A DNA stretch of 64,000 nucleotides from Podarcis filfolensis (lineage: Eukaryota). The position numbers and the translations under genes were made by a program. Of this stretch, positions 11,636 to 22,725 are shown in pieces. The notes under the pieces are model-generated. The model did no database searches. It was not told the DNA's origin and worked only from the letters and a program-made list of their open reading frames with translations. Each line of letters opens with the position of its first letter. Within the stretch, counting starts at the first letter, position 1. Location of the stretch: the NCBI GenBank assembly GCA_964270895.1, contig OZ185435.1. One strand, 5' to 3'.

Positions 11636-11640
11636 TACTT

Positions 11641-11893
11641 TGGTTTTTTTGTGTGTTTTTTTAAAAAATATTTATTGAAATTTTACAGACAAAATAAGAA
11701 TAAGAAAAAAAAGAAAAAGAAAAAGAAAAAAGACACAAAAATGCAAAGAAAAATACAAAATACATGAAGAAATTAAAAAACAATTAAAAAACAAATCAAT
11801 CTTTTCGTATCTTATATTTCAATTACTTGTTTCCTGACCTCCTCACACCTCCCTTTTTTGTATTCCAATTCACATAGTTAATTCAGCAAATTG
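11641..11893 (-). mobile_element. L1-like 3' UTR/poly-A fragment
   Basis: Reverse complement has the L1-type GGGAGGTGTGAGGAGGTCAGG motif, a T-rich tract and AATAAA, resembling the other L1 3' UTRs here. Confidence 0.6.
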
Positions 11894-12398
11894 AGACTTT
11901 TGAGACTCTTCTCTATCCACCTCCCTTCTCTTTTAAAGTTCATCACTTTATATCATGTTTCAGGATCTATTGGTCCCTTGCAGTTTATTTTGACTAGGAT
12001 AATTGTTCTTTAGAATTGTGTAGAAAACTCTTGTTAAGTCAGTAAGGCCAAGTCTGCAGAATGTAGGAAACAATACTTTCTCTTATGTGTGGCTGTGAGA
12101 TCACCAAGGGTGGGGTGGGGTGGTTAACCATGGGGTGTTCACTCTATTTTGCCTTTGTCAGACCCCGCCTGGAGTCCTGTGCCCAGCTCTGGGCACCACA
12201 ATTGAAGGAGGATATTGACAAGCGGGAAAGTTTTCAGAGAAAGGAGGCAATACCAGGAGAATCCATCCTGGATTATTTAAACTGAAAGGCTAAAACTAGT
12301 CTATCTAAGCTTCTCTTTAAATTGCAAAGGGATGGCACGCTGCTCATGTGAGGAAGGAGGGATAATATCTAATAAATATATCCTCTCCTAGCATCTAA

Positions 12399-12752
12399 GG
12401 GATGCGGGTGGCGCTGTGGGTTAAACCACAGAGCCTAGGGTTTGCTGATCAGAAGGTCAGTGGTTCGAATCCCCGCAACGGGGTGAGCTCCCGTTGCTCG
12501 GTCCCTGCTCCTGCCCACCTAGCAGTTCAAAAGCACATCAAAGAGCAAGTAGATAAATAGGTACCGCTCTGGCGGGAAGGTAAACGGCGTTTCCGTGCGC
12601 TGCTCTGGTTCGCCAGAAGCGGCTTAGTCATGCTGGCCACATGACCCGGAAGCTGTACGCCGGATCCCTCGGCCAGTAAAGCGAGATGAGCGCCGCAACC
12701 CCAGAGTCGGTCATGACTGGACCTAATGGTCAGGGATCCCTTTACCTTTACC
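12399..12752 (+). mobile_element. Sauria SINE, full length
   Basis: GGGATGCGGGTGGCGCTGTGGGTTAAACC head, (ACCTTT)n tail, 13-bp TSD tccta(g/c)catctaa. Confidence 0.92.
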
Positions 12753-13177
12753 TCCTACCATCTAATTCACATCCCAACATAGGTTATGGGCCAAGATTAG
12801 ATTATTTTTGAAGTATTTTGGTGAATGCAGCTGAATTCTCTTAAGAAAGAAGAGAGGTCCAAAGCAGAACTCTTTCTTTTGTTTATTGGTGAGCATATGG
12901 TGACTCCATTGTCTCCACAGTGAAGAGAGATTAGCCCCCACTTCCCTCACAGAGCAGTAACAAGGTAGTGAAGATTTTTTTATATTAAATTTTCCTTTGG
13001 AGACTTTGTTCTGGTTTCGGATTTAGCACATTTTCCTCCAGCTTTTGAGTTTTGGACATTTCCTCCATTTTTGAGATGGCCAGTGAGGTTTACTTCAGTG
13101 ATGCAAGCCTCAAGATGCCCAGATTACCATCCTTACTCAATGGGGAAAGCATCTGTTGTTAATAGCAACGAAATACT

Positions 13178-13445
13178 GTTGTTGTTGTTGTTGTTTAGTC
13201 ATTTAGTCGTGTCCGACTCTTCATGACCCCATGGACCAGAGCACGCCAGGCACTCCTGTCTTCCACTGCCTCCCGCAGTTTGGTCAAACTCATGCTGGTA
13301 GCTTCGAGAACACTGTCCAACCATCTCGTCCTCTGTTGTCCCCTTCTCCTTGTGCCCTCCATCTTTCCCAACATCAGGGTCTTTTCCAGGGAGTCTTCTC
13401 TTCTCATGAGGTGGCCAAAGTATTGGAGCCTCAGCTTCACGATCT
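13178..13445 (-). mobile_element. RTE-BovB LINE 3' end
   Basis: ORF 13195-13440 (LQYFGHLMRREDSLEKTLMLGKMEG..RWLDSV..WRALVHGV) is the BovB ORF C-terminus; (CAA)n tail; TSD gaaatact. Confidence 0.92.
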
Positions 13446-14809
13446 AGAAATACTAGGTGGGATTAAAAGTCAAAGGCCTACAGGGAATAACAAAGAATCA
13501 CCCAATCAATGTATGAGAATGGCAGAATAAGCAAGCAGGAGCCACAACTTTAAGCAGCGTTTCAGATGCCCAGGTTGTGCATATTAAGGAGACTGATACT
13601 GCAGTCCAGGTACTTGAGGCTCTGGAACTCTCATATGGATTTGCAAGCAAAAGTTTCCATAGAAAATGGATGCAAGATTTGCTGAGGCTCAGGTCGAATT
13701 CTAAGGTAGATTGACTGAGATCTTAACACCTCTCAAGAAACTAGAACTGTCAGAGTACCCAATGCAGGAAGAGCAAAATATCTGCTATTTCCTGGGGTCA
13801 CTAGAACCCAAATTTGGGACTTTTGCAACTCTAATGGATGGGAAAGAGGACTTGACTTGACTTTCAAAAGTCAATTAATTGCCTGTTTAAGAGAGAAATG
13901 TGTACAAAGGAGAGAAAGAGTCTCCAGTCAGGAGTGCAAAGGCCAATGATTGTAGTTATGTGTCTAAATGTCAAATGAAGAGCAAAGCCATATCTATGAA
14001 AGTTGTGTGCTTTAATTGTAACAAAGAAGTACACATAGCAAAAGCAGGGGTCTGGAAACCAAGCCTTATGAGGAACGGTTGAGGGAGTTTGGTTTGTTTA
14101 GCCTCGGAAGGAGGAGACTGAGAGGAAGTATAAGAGCCATCTTCAAGTTTCTCAAGGGCAGTGTAAGTCCTAACCGGATTAATAATTACACTTGCTGAAG
14201 CAGGAGGCTCATATTTAACCCCTTTAACTCCTAATGCTCAAAACCTGGAGGTAATGTTAGTTTGTGGGTCGGGGAAACAATCATCCAAAAGTGGATGTAG
14301 ATAATTTTATACATGTATTAGAACCGTGATGCTTACATTGTTTTTGTTTTCAGATGCATATTTATGTTTGTTCAATTGAATTGAATCAAAATCTTTGGAC
14401 ATTTCCATTTGTGGCGCTTGTTTCACAGCACACTGAAATTATTGGCCATAAGCAGATGGATGAAGGGATGGAGCACTGAAGGCTCCTCAGCCTTTAGATC
14501 CATCCCTTTCACCTGCGGCCATTATCATTGTTGATACTGAAGAGCACCCCAAAGATCAGGGGGCCCCAGAGCACCATCTGTTGTGTCACAAGAAGCTGCA
14601 GGAGCTTTTCTGGAGGCAAGCTGTTGAACACAGACAAACATTGCTGATATCTGTGACTGTATGGCTAAGTGCTTGGCAAGGCTCTTCCCGCATCACAAAG
14701 CACAAAAATGTCAACGGGAAGCAAAACAGAGGAGGCAAATCATGCTATTTTGATACGAATTCACATTGCAAGCATTCTGCACACATAGGTGGCATGCATG
14801 AGGGAAGGG

Positions 14810-14930
14810 CCGCAGATCAGAAGTAGAGCGCCTGCCTTGCATGCAGAAGGTCCCAGGTTCAGGGTAGAGCCACTGCCAGTCAGTGTAGACAGTACTAAGC
14901 AAGGTAGAACAAAGGTCTGACTCGGTTCTG
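14810..14930 (+). mobile_element. tRNA-derived SINE fragment (TGCATGCAGAAGGTCCCAGGTTC head)
   Basis: Pol III box-like head; related pieces at ~37815-37890 (-) and ~38975-39140 (+). Confidence 0.55.
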
Positions 14931-14959
14931 TGTTCCCATAGGTGGTGTAGTGGCATTGT

Positions 14960-15900
14960 AATATCTATGGCAGAGATCTGTAATGTCATCCTTAAGAAGA
15001 CTTCCCTAGACTCAGAGGGGTTAAAACCAGTGGCAAATATCCCCTTTCTGGACAAGGTGCTTGAGAAGGTGGCGATGCCCCAGCTTCAGGCATGTCTGAG
15101 GAAAACTGATTATTTGGATCCACTCTGTTCCAGTCTGGTTTCAGGCCTGGTCACACCACTGAAATTGCCTTGGTCACCCTGACTGAGGACTTTTGTCAGG
15201 AGAAAGTTAAGGGGAGCGCAGCCCTGGTCGTTCTCCTAGATCTCTCTGCAGCTTTTGAAACTGTTGGCCACTGAAGGATACTTCAGTGGTGCCTCAGGAA
15301 GGTGTGGATGGGGGGCACTGTCCTAAAAGGCTCCTGGGAATTATCCTGGGGTGTCCCACGGGGCTCCATCTTGGCCCCCATGGTATGTAACGTCCAAAGG
15401 AAGCCTCTGGGAGCTGTCATTGGGAAATTTGGAGTGAAGTGGTATTAAAATGCTGGTGACAACCAGCTCCATCTCTCTGTTCGGACTGAATCGGGTGAGG
15501 CAGCTGAGGTTTTAGACCAGTGCTCAGAGGTGGTGAGGAGCTGGATGTGGGCCTGTAAATTGAGGCTGAATCCTGGAGAGACAGAGGTATCCCAGCTCCT
15601 CCTGTCTGTGAGGTGTGAAGGCGGCCTATCCTGGATAGGTTAGCACTCTCCTGCAAGGAGGCTCAGGTAGCCTTGATGGCTTGGAGTGCCTTCTTTGGGC
15701 TCCAGCTGGTTCGCTAGTTATAGCCCCTTTTCGACAGAGAATACTTGGCTACTGTACTCCCTGCTCTGGTCACTTCCAGATGGGATTATTAGAAGGTGCT
15801 GTACGTGGTGTTGCTCTTGAAGATGACTTGGAAACTTTGGTTCATTTTAAATGCATTGAACAGACCAAACTGGGTTGGGATAAGGAGAGAGGGAAAGTTC
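14960..15900 (+). mobile_element. L2 LINE RT-region remnant, highly degraded
   Basis: Fragmentary RT-like peptides (PVANIPFLDKVLEKV, LLDLSAAFET-like); frameshifted. Confidence 0.6.
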
Positions 15901-18142
15901 ACTATGGGTAGCGTTCTTGGATATTTATACAGTAAATTGAGTATAAGGTGACTGAGCAGCCACCACCTCTCTTACAGGGTGTATGTTGCACAGCCTCTCT
16001 TTAAGCAGAAAGGACAGCGGTATGCAATATACAGGCCTTCCCTTTGCTTAACAACCATCATAACAGTAGTCATTTTGCTAGGTTAACATAAATATAATCT
16101 GATCTTGATTGCATTAACTCTGCAAATAAGTTGTGTGCTGGCTTGTTCACTGGAGAAAAAAAAATGGCAGAAAATCAGCTGACAGTCATGCTGAATTCAT
16201 TTTCCCTCTCACAAAAGGGAACAGTCTTATACTTACTTGGGTGTTGGCTGAGTAATCCAGTTGTGCGGCTCTGTAAGATCCCACTAATGGACTCTAAATC
16301 TTATAACCAGGTCATCTTGTCTTTGTAAAAATATACAGTGTCCATGTTTAAATACTTCAGATGGCCAGTTTTGTGTGAGAAATGCATCGTCTAAGTATGA
16401 CTTGCACAAATAACATTCATTGGCAAGTAAAGCAATATCCGCTTACTAGTATCAGTTGGGAGTAGGGATTGCAGCCGAGTGGGGCCACCAAAGGTCTGGG
16501 GGGGCCTTTGGCTTCCTGCATCGCCAATGGATGACGTCAGCTCCTCCATCTGCCACTAGGGTGGTTGTGTGTCCCCACAAATTTTGAGTTTAAACTGGCT
16601 TATCAGGTCAAAGCAAGCAGGAAGTTTCACAAGGGTGGGTCTGGCTGCTACCTGACATCAGTCAGGTCCACCAACTGACCCTAAACACAGGCTGTGCTGG
16701 TGCTCTGTGGATCATCTAGTCCAACCCCCTACAATACAGGAATTTCAACCAAAGCATCCATGGCAGTTGGGCATCCACCTTCTGCATCAAAACCTCCAGT
16801 GAAGGAGAATCTACCACCTTCCAGTCTTTTCCACTGTCACACAGCCCTTACTGTGAGATGTTTAGTCAGAATCTGCTTTCTTGAAACTTGAATCCATTGG
16901 CTTGAGTCCTACCCTCCAGAGCAGGAGAAAACAAGCTTGCTTCATCTTCCACGTGACAGCCCTTCAGATATTTGAAGATGGCTATCATACCTCCTCTCAA
17001 TCTCCTCTTTTCCAGGCTAAACATGCACAGCTCCTTCAAGCTTTCTTCATACTGCTTGGTTTCCAGACCCTTAATCATCTTGATTGCCCTCCTTTGCACA
17101 AGTTACAACTTGTCAACAGCCTTCTTAAATTGGGGGTACCCAGAATTGGACACACTCTTCCAGGTGTGCTCTGACCAAGGCAGAATAGATCAGTACTATG
17201 ACTTCCCTTGATCAGGACACTCGATTTCTGTTGATGCAGCCTAGAATAGCATTCATCCCCCCCTTTTTTTTGCTGCTGCTGCTGCATCATCATCAAACTG
17301 TTGACTCATGTCAAGGTTGTGATCCAACAAGACTCCTAGATTCTTTCCACATGTTCTGCTAGTAAGCCAGATGTCCCCCATCTTATGTTTGTGAAGCTGG
17401 TTCTTCCTGCCTTAAGTGCAGAACCTTACATTTGTCCCTATTGAATTTCATTTTGTAAGCTTGGACCCAGGTATCCAGTCAGCTAAGGCCATCTTGATCC
17501 TGATTCTGTCTTCTGCGGCATTAGCTACCCCTCCCAGTTTGGTGTCATCTGCAAATTGGAGATGAGCATCCCCTCAATTCCTTCACCCAAGACATTTATA
17601 AAGACGCTGAACAATGGTCCCAAGACAGAACCCTGTGGTAGTATCCTGTGGCACCCCACTTGTCACTTTTTTCCAGGACAATGAGGAACCATTAATGAGT
17701 ACTCTTTGGGTGTGGTCAGTTAACCAGCTGCAAATCCACCTAACAGTTACCTCATCCAGCCCACATTTCAGCTGCTTCTTTGCAAGAAGATCATGGGGGA
17801 CTTTGTCAAAAGCCTGACTGAAATCAAGATACACTAGGTCCACAGCATTCCCCTGATCCACCAAGCTTGTGACTCCATAAAAAAAAGACATGAGATTTGT
17901 CTCACATGACTTGTTTTTGAGAAACCCCTGCTGGGTCTCACTGCATCCTTTTCTAAGTGCTCACAGACAGACTGTTAAATTATCTGTTCTGGGCCTTTCC
18001 TGGTATTGATGTCAATCTGACTGGTCAGTAGTTGGCTGGGTCTTTCTTTCCTCCGATGGAGACAACATTTGCCTGCCTCCAGTCTGCAGGGACGTGTCAC
18101 CTGTTCTCCAAGATTTTTCAAAGGTAATAGGCTCTGAAATTA

Positions 18143-18307
18143 CCGAATTTTTCCATCTATAAGACGCCCCCATGTATAAGATGCCTCCTATTTTGGGGAA
18201 CTCAGATTTAAGAAAATGGGGGGAGATGTCCCAGAGTATAAAACACCCCCAAATTTTTAACATTATTTTTTAGGGAAAAACCTAGTCTTATACACGGAAA
18301 AATACGG
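18143..18307. mobile_element. Tc1/mariner-type MITE (family 2-related) nested in CR1
   Basis: TA|CCGAATTTTTCCATCTATAAGAC...GTCTTATACACGGAAAAATACGG|TA. Confidence 0.8.
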
Positions 18308-18625
18308 TACATCTGCAAGTTCCAGTAGACCCTTGGATGCAGCTCATCTGGCCCTGGTGATTTGAATTCATTTAAAGTAGCTAGGTGTTCCCTTACTACC
18401 TCTTTTCCAATCATGGGCTGCAGCTCCCTCCTTACATCATTTATTCTGTTATCACCAGGTTGGGCATCACTTTCCTTTTGGGTGAAGTCAGAAGCAAAGT
18501 AGGTGTTGAGCAGTTCCGCCTTCTCTCTGTCACCCAATAGCATTTCTCCATCTTCTCCACACAGAGTACCTACCATCTACTTGTTCTTCCTCTTGCTTGG
18601 AACATGGTGGAAGAAACCTTTATTA

Positions 18626-18843
18626 CAGTGGTACCTTGGGTTACATACGCTTCAGGTTACAGACTCTGCTAACCCAGAAATAGTACCTCAGTTTTGCTTC
18701 AGGATTAGAACAGAAATCACGTGGTGGCGGCGTGGCGGCAGCAGGAAGCCCCATTAGCTAAAGTGGTGCTTCAGATTAAGAACAGTTTCAGGTTAAGAAC
18801 AAACCTCCAGAACAAATTAAGTTCTTAACCCGAGGTACCACTG
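18626..18843. mobile_element. Tc1/mariner-type MITE, family 1, nested in CR1
   Basis: TA|CAGTGGTACC...GGTACCACTG|TA; same internal sequence as 10144. Confidence 0.9.
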
Positions 18844-19415
18844 TATTATTATTATCAACCTTTCCTGCAAGCCTGAGCTCATTCTGGGCTCATTCTGGCC
18901 TGACTTTCCTGCTGCAACTGTTGGTGTATACTCCTCCTTTGTGATTTCCCCATTCTTCCCCTTTTTATAACTCTGCTCACCTGGAAGCCCCTTATGCAGC
19001 CACACCGGTTTCTCTACATGCCTCACATTTTTCTTTCTTGTTGGAATTGTCTGCATTTGACTTGGGTCACTTTATCTGCTTTCCCAGTTTAAATGGGCCT
19101 TTTTATGGTTTGTCATCTAGATGCAGTCATAAATTTAATCCAGACTCATAATGAAGCAATCTTCTATTTCCGTAAACTGAAATGACCTGACATGTATGGT
19201 CAGATAAAGGCCCTGTTGTTCATTTTGCCCTTGGAAATGATAGCAGCTCACAAGGAGTGCCTCTGCCTGAATCCGTGCTAAGCAAAGTTGGCCTGCGTGT
19301 GGGAGATCAGCAGACTTTCTTGGCAGACCTTCCTGTCTCTTCACTGGCATCCTCCACAAGTTCAGTTTACCGGATAACTTCCTGGAGAAGAAGCAGCTGA
19401 ACTAGTTTTTTTTCC

Positions 19416-20500
19416 TTCTGGAAAGAAATCTACCCAATGTTAAGTCTGTCCTGTGTATTATTGCCAACTCTGCGGCTCTGTAGAAAGTCCTTCACACTAC
19501 AGTGTCATTAGCCTTATCCAGTGTGCGTTGCTTGTTTGACAACTGTGCAAAGGTAGGGGATTGCTGGCTGCCTGACGTTCATTTCAGGGCGATGGGAATG
19601 CATTTCTCCCTTCATTTCTCATGATGGCTGCAAACTGTCTTTTGACAAAGTCCACCATGAGCTTCTTGCAGAGAAGCTAGTAAAATGTGGGTTGGATGAG
19701 GTAACTGTTAGGTGGATTTGTAGCTGGTTGACTGACCAAACCCAAAGAGTACTCATGAATGGTTCCTCGTCATCCTGGGGAAAAGTGACAAGTAGGGTGC
19801 CACAGGGTTCTGTCCTGGGCCTGTTGTTGTTCAACGTCTTTATAAATGTCTTGGATGAAGGAATTGTGGAGATGCTCGTCTCCAATTTGCAGATGACACC
19901 AAACTGGGAGGGGTAGCTAATGCTGCAGAAGACAGAATCAGAATTCAGGCCTTGGTGGACCACAACCTTAACATGAGTCAACTGTGTGATGCAGCAGCAA
20001 AAAAAGAGAATGTTATTTTAGGCTGCATCAAGAGAAGTCTAGTGTCCAGATCAAGGGAAGTCATAGTCCCACTCTATTCTGTCTTGATCAGACCACACCT
20101 AGAGTCCTGTGTCCAGTTCTGGGCGCCACAATTTAAGAAGGTGGTGGTAGTAGCTTCATTTAATTTATTTGCGTGTTCAGACCTAGAGACCTCCCCCTTA
20201 AATAAAGACACATTTGACTCAAATTTTAGTTTTTGGTTTTTGGCAGAATTTAGGCCACAACTTTATTGATTACAGAAAAGTGAGTGGTTGCATAGGCTCT
20301 GGTTTGACTAGCTCCCTACACCCTTGCAGGTAGCGCTGACCCAGAGCTCTATCATAGGTAAGCCAAGGGTGAACACTTGAGGCCACAGAAAAGCCTGGGA
20401 ACAGACTATGTCCACTCCCCAGATGCTCCCCTGGCCTCAGGCACATGCACAACCCCCTTTGGGGGGTTGACCAAACCAAGTTGAGTCCCTGGATTCCTTT
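19416..20500 (-). repeat. Inverted segmental duplication, copy B (in MLPH intron 1)
   Basis: Reverse complement of 5168-6260. Confidence 0.93.
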
Positions 20501-20939
20501 AACGGAATACCCTTCACATAGGGATGGCGAAACGGTTCTCCCATCCCTATCACCTGAACCAGTGCCTATCCGCAACCTTACAAGTTGTGACGAATCACTA
20601 CGTGGCAGGCGAAACCCAAATGGCAACAGCAAATCAGCCAAGTGGGGAAAATTCCTGCAATGCCCCTGCCCCAATGACAGATGATACATGACGGCATAGC
20701 AAGGTCAATCGCAAAAATGCCCTAAAATTTGGGAGAGGTGGGTGGGTATTCTGATGCACAAGCTGAAAGAGGAAGCTCTGGGACGCATGCAAGGGATTAT
20801 ATAGGTCCCTCGATCCGTTTAGACTGCACCCCATTGGCCAGATTAAATCCAGCAAAGAGGGACCTACTAATCGGATGTTGTGGCTGTCCAATAGACCCAC
20901 CCACAACCAGGAGGTCAGTCTCCAGGCCTCACTGCAACA
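20174..20939 (-). mobile_element. Solo LTR (766 bp), antisense to MLPH
   Basis: Minus strand begins TGTTGCAG and ends CTGAACA (TG...CA, imperfect inverted ends). CCAAT 20833-20837, TATATAA 20797-20803, AATAAA 20262-20267. No clean TSD or PBS seen. Confidence 0.7.
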
Positions 20940-21071
20940 CGTGCCCTCTTTTAGGGAGGAAATGATTCATTTTAATTAAACAAATATTATTGGAGAATAA
21001 TGAGTTCTAACCTGCTTGACACAGTTTACCCGACTTTTGTTCTTGATTTTTAGGTGCTCTGTTTTCTAAAG

Positions 21072-21184
21072 ATGGGAAGGCGGAAACTGGATCTTTCCAA
21101 ACTGACAGATGAAGAGGCTGAGCATGTTTGGGAAGTTGTTCAGCGGGACTTTGATCTGCGGAAAAAAGAGGAAGAGCGTTTAGA
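21072..21184 (+). CDS. MLPH: Melanophilin, first coding exon (exon 2; acceptor at 21054)
   Basis: [37 protein letters not shown] matches the MLPH N-terminus; tttttag|GTG acceptor, GA|gtaagt donor. Confidence 0.97.
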
Positions 21185-21462
21185 GTAAGTGGCTAAAACA
21201 TGAGAATAGGAACTTTGATGATTCTTCAGAAGGGAGGCCTTTAGCATTTGCCATTTTCAAGCTGTTTTCCAGCTAGCTTGAATCACTAATGCTAGACACA
21301 TGGGGGCACGCAGGGGGCTACAAAAATGGCTATGGGATAATATAGATAACATCATCACAGAATTTGTTAATATTTGTAATGATACAGTTTAATTTAAATT
21401 TAAAACTTCTTAAATTTAAATGGGAAAATTCTTTTACCACTTACTAGCTGTTGCATGCTAAA

Positions 21463-21582
21463 TCTTATGGAACAGAAAAAGCAGACTTACCGTAAATGCA
21501 TGAGATTCAGGAAAAGACAGGCATTTAGTGAATGGCTGGAAAAATATGTACTGTACTTTTGTATTTTGCTTGGTCCATAGAT
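21463..21582 (+). repeat. 120-bp direct repeat, copy 1 (copy 2 at 22224-22338)
   Basis: Copies differ by one 5-nt indel and one substitution. Confidence 0.9.
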
Positions 21583-22670
21583 TTATCTTGTAGACTTCTC
21601 TAGGAGCTGGTTGGTTGGAAAATGCGGCTTATACAAAAACACTCTTTCCATCTTCTCAAAAGTCTCAGTTATGTGCATCTGAAAGTACATTACAATTTTT
21701 ACGCAGCTCTGGCTTTCTCAGTTTCAATGTCAGCCTTGACCACATGCGGCTGTGATGTCACTTTGGCACAGCAAGGTCAGAGCTACCCTCACAGCTCCCA
21801 GAATGCCAATTTAAATTTTTAAAAAGAAATATCTGTGTTTCTAGCCCTTGTTGTTTTGGAGATCTATGTATTTAAGAGCCAGGCAGTGAGTGCTTGACAA
21901 AGCATCAGGAACAAGTTTAGGAAGAGTCCTTTCCACATGGCAGTGAATCATGTCCCATTTCTCATATATCCATGGTGCTGTTAAATTATGATCATCAGTT
22001 GCTTTTTTAATCATTCCCCGGAAGAGCACAGGATGCTCACAGTACGTGGCCCTTTCCCTTTCTCTTCAGAACAACCCTGTGAGGTCGGTTAGGCTGAGAG
22101 ACAACTAACTGCTAGTAGTTTTCCCTCAGGTGTTCAAGACTGCCCTGGGATGGATGGAAGGAACATGTCCATGGTATTGTTTTGCGGTACAATTTGAAGT
22201 ACAGAAATGTATAGTATTTCTGTTCTTATGGAACAGAAAAAGCAGACTTAAATGCATGAGATTCAGGAAAAGACAGGCATTTAGTAAATGGCTGGAAAAA
22301 TATGTACTGTACTTTTGTATTTTGCTTGGTCCATAGATAAGCAGTTAGGCACAGAAGAATTGTGAATGCATAGATGTAAAATGGAACCTTTAAGGAGTAT
22401 ATCCGCAGCACTACAGAAACGGTATTCTGGCAGTGGGGAGAACAGCTTAGCTGTGCATAAAGTTCTCAAACAGCAACTTTTGAATGCTAGAAGGAAATGA
22501 AGAGTTAGAATAGTTATTTTTCTTTCTTTCTTAATCCTTACAACAGGAGTCAGGGCAGAAGGGGGAGCTGCAGGAGAAATGGAGCAGCTTCGTCAGGGTT
22601 TTTAGTCCTCTTTAGAGTAATTCAGTTTGACGGTGTTTTTACCAGAGAGAACCAGCTGCCATACTGCAAA

Positions 22671-22725
22671 ATTAAAAATAAATCAGTTATACAGTTGGGA
22701 GTGCCTGGACCCTGCCTTGAAGAAC
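22671..22725 (+). repeat. 55-bp direct repeat, copy 1 (copy 2 at 23345-23399)
   Basis: ATTAAAAATAAATCAGTTATACAG...GCCTTGAAGAAC present twice with a few substitutions. Confidence 0.85.

Larger units (their letters stand above)
16700..19040 (-). mobile_element. CR1 LINE ~2.3 kb 3' portion, interrupted by two MITEs
   Basis: Successive CR1 ORF2 peptides in the ORF track (YLDFSQAFDKVPH, FKSPGPDELHPRV, KGLETKQYEESLKEL). Confidence 0.88.
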
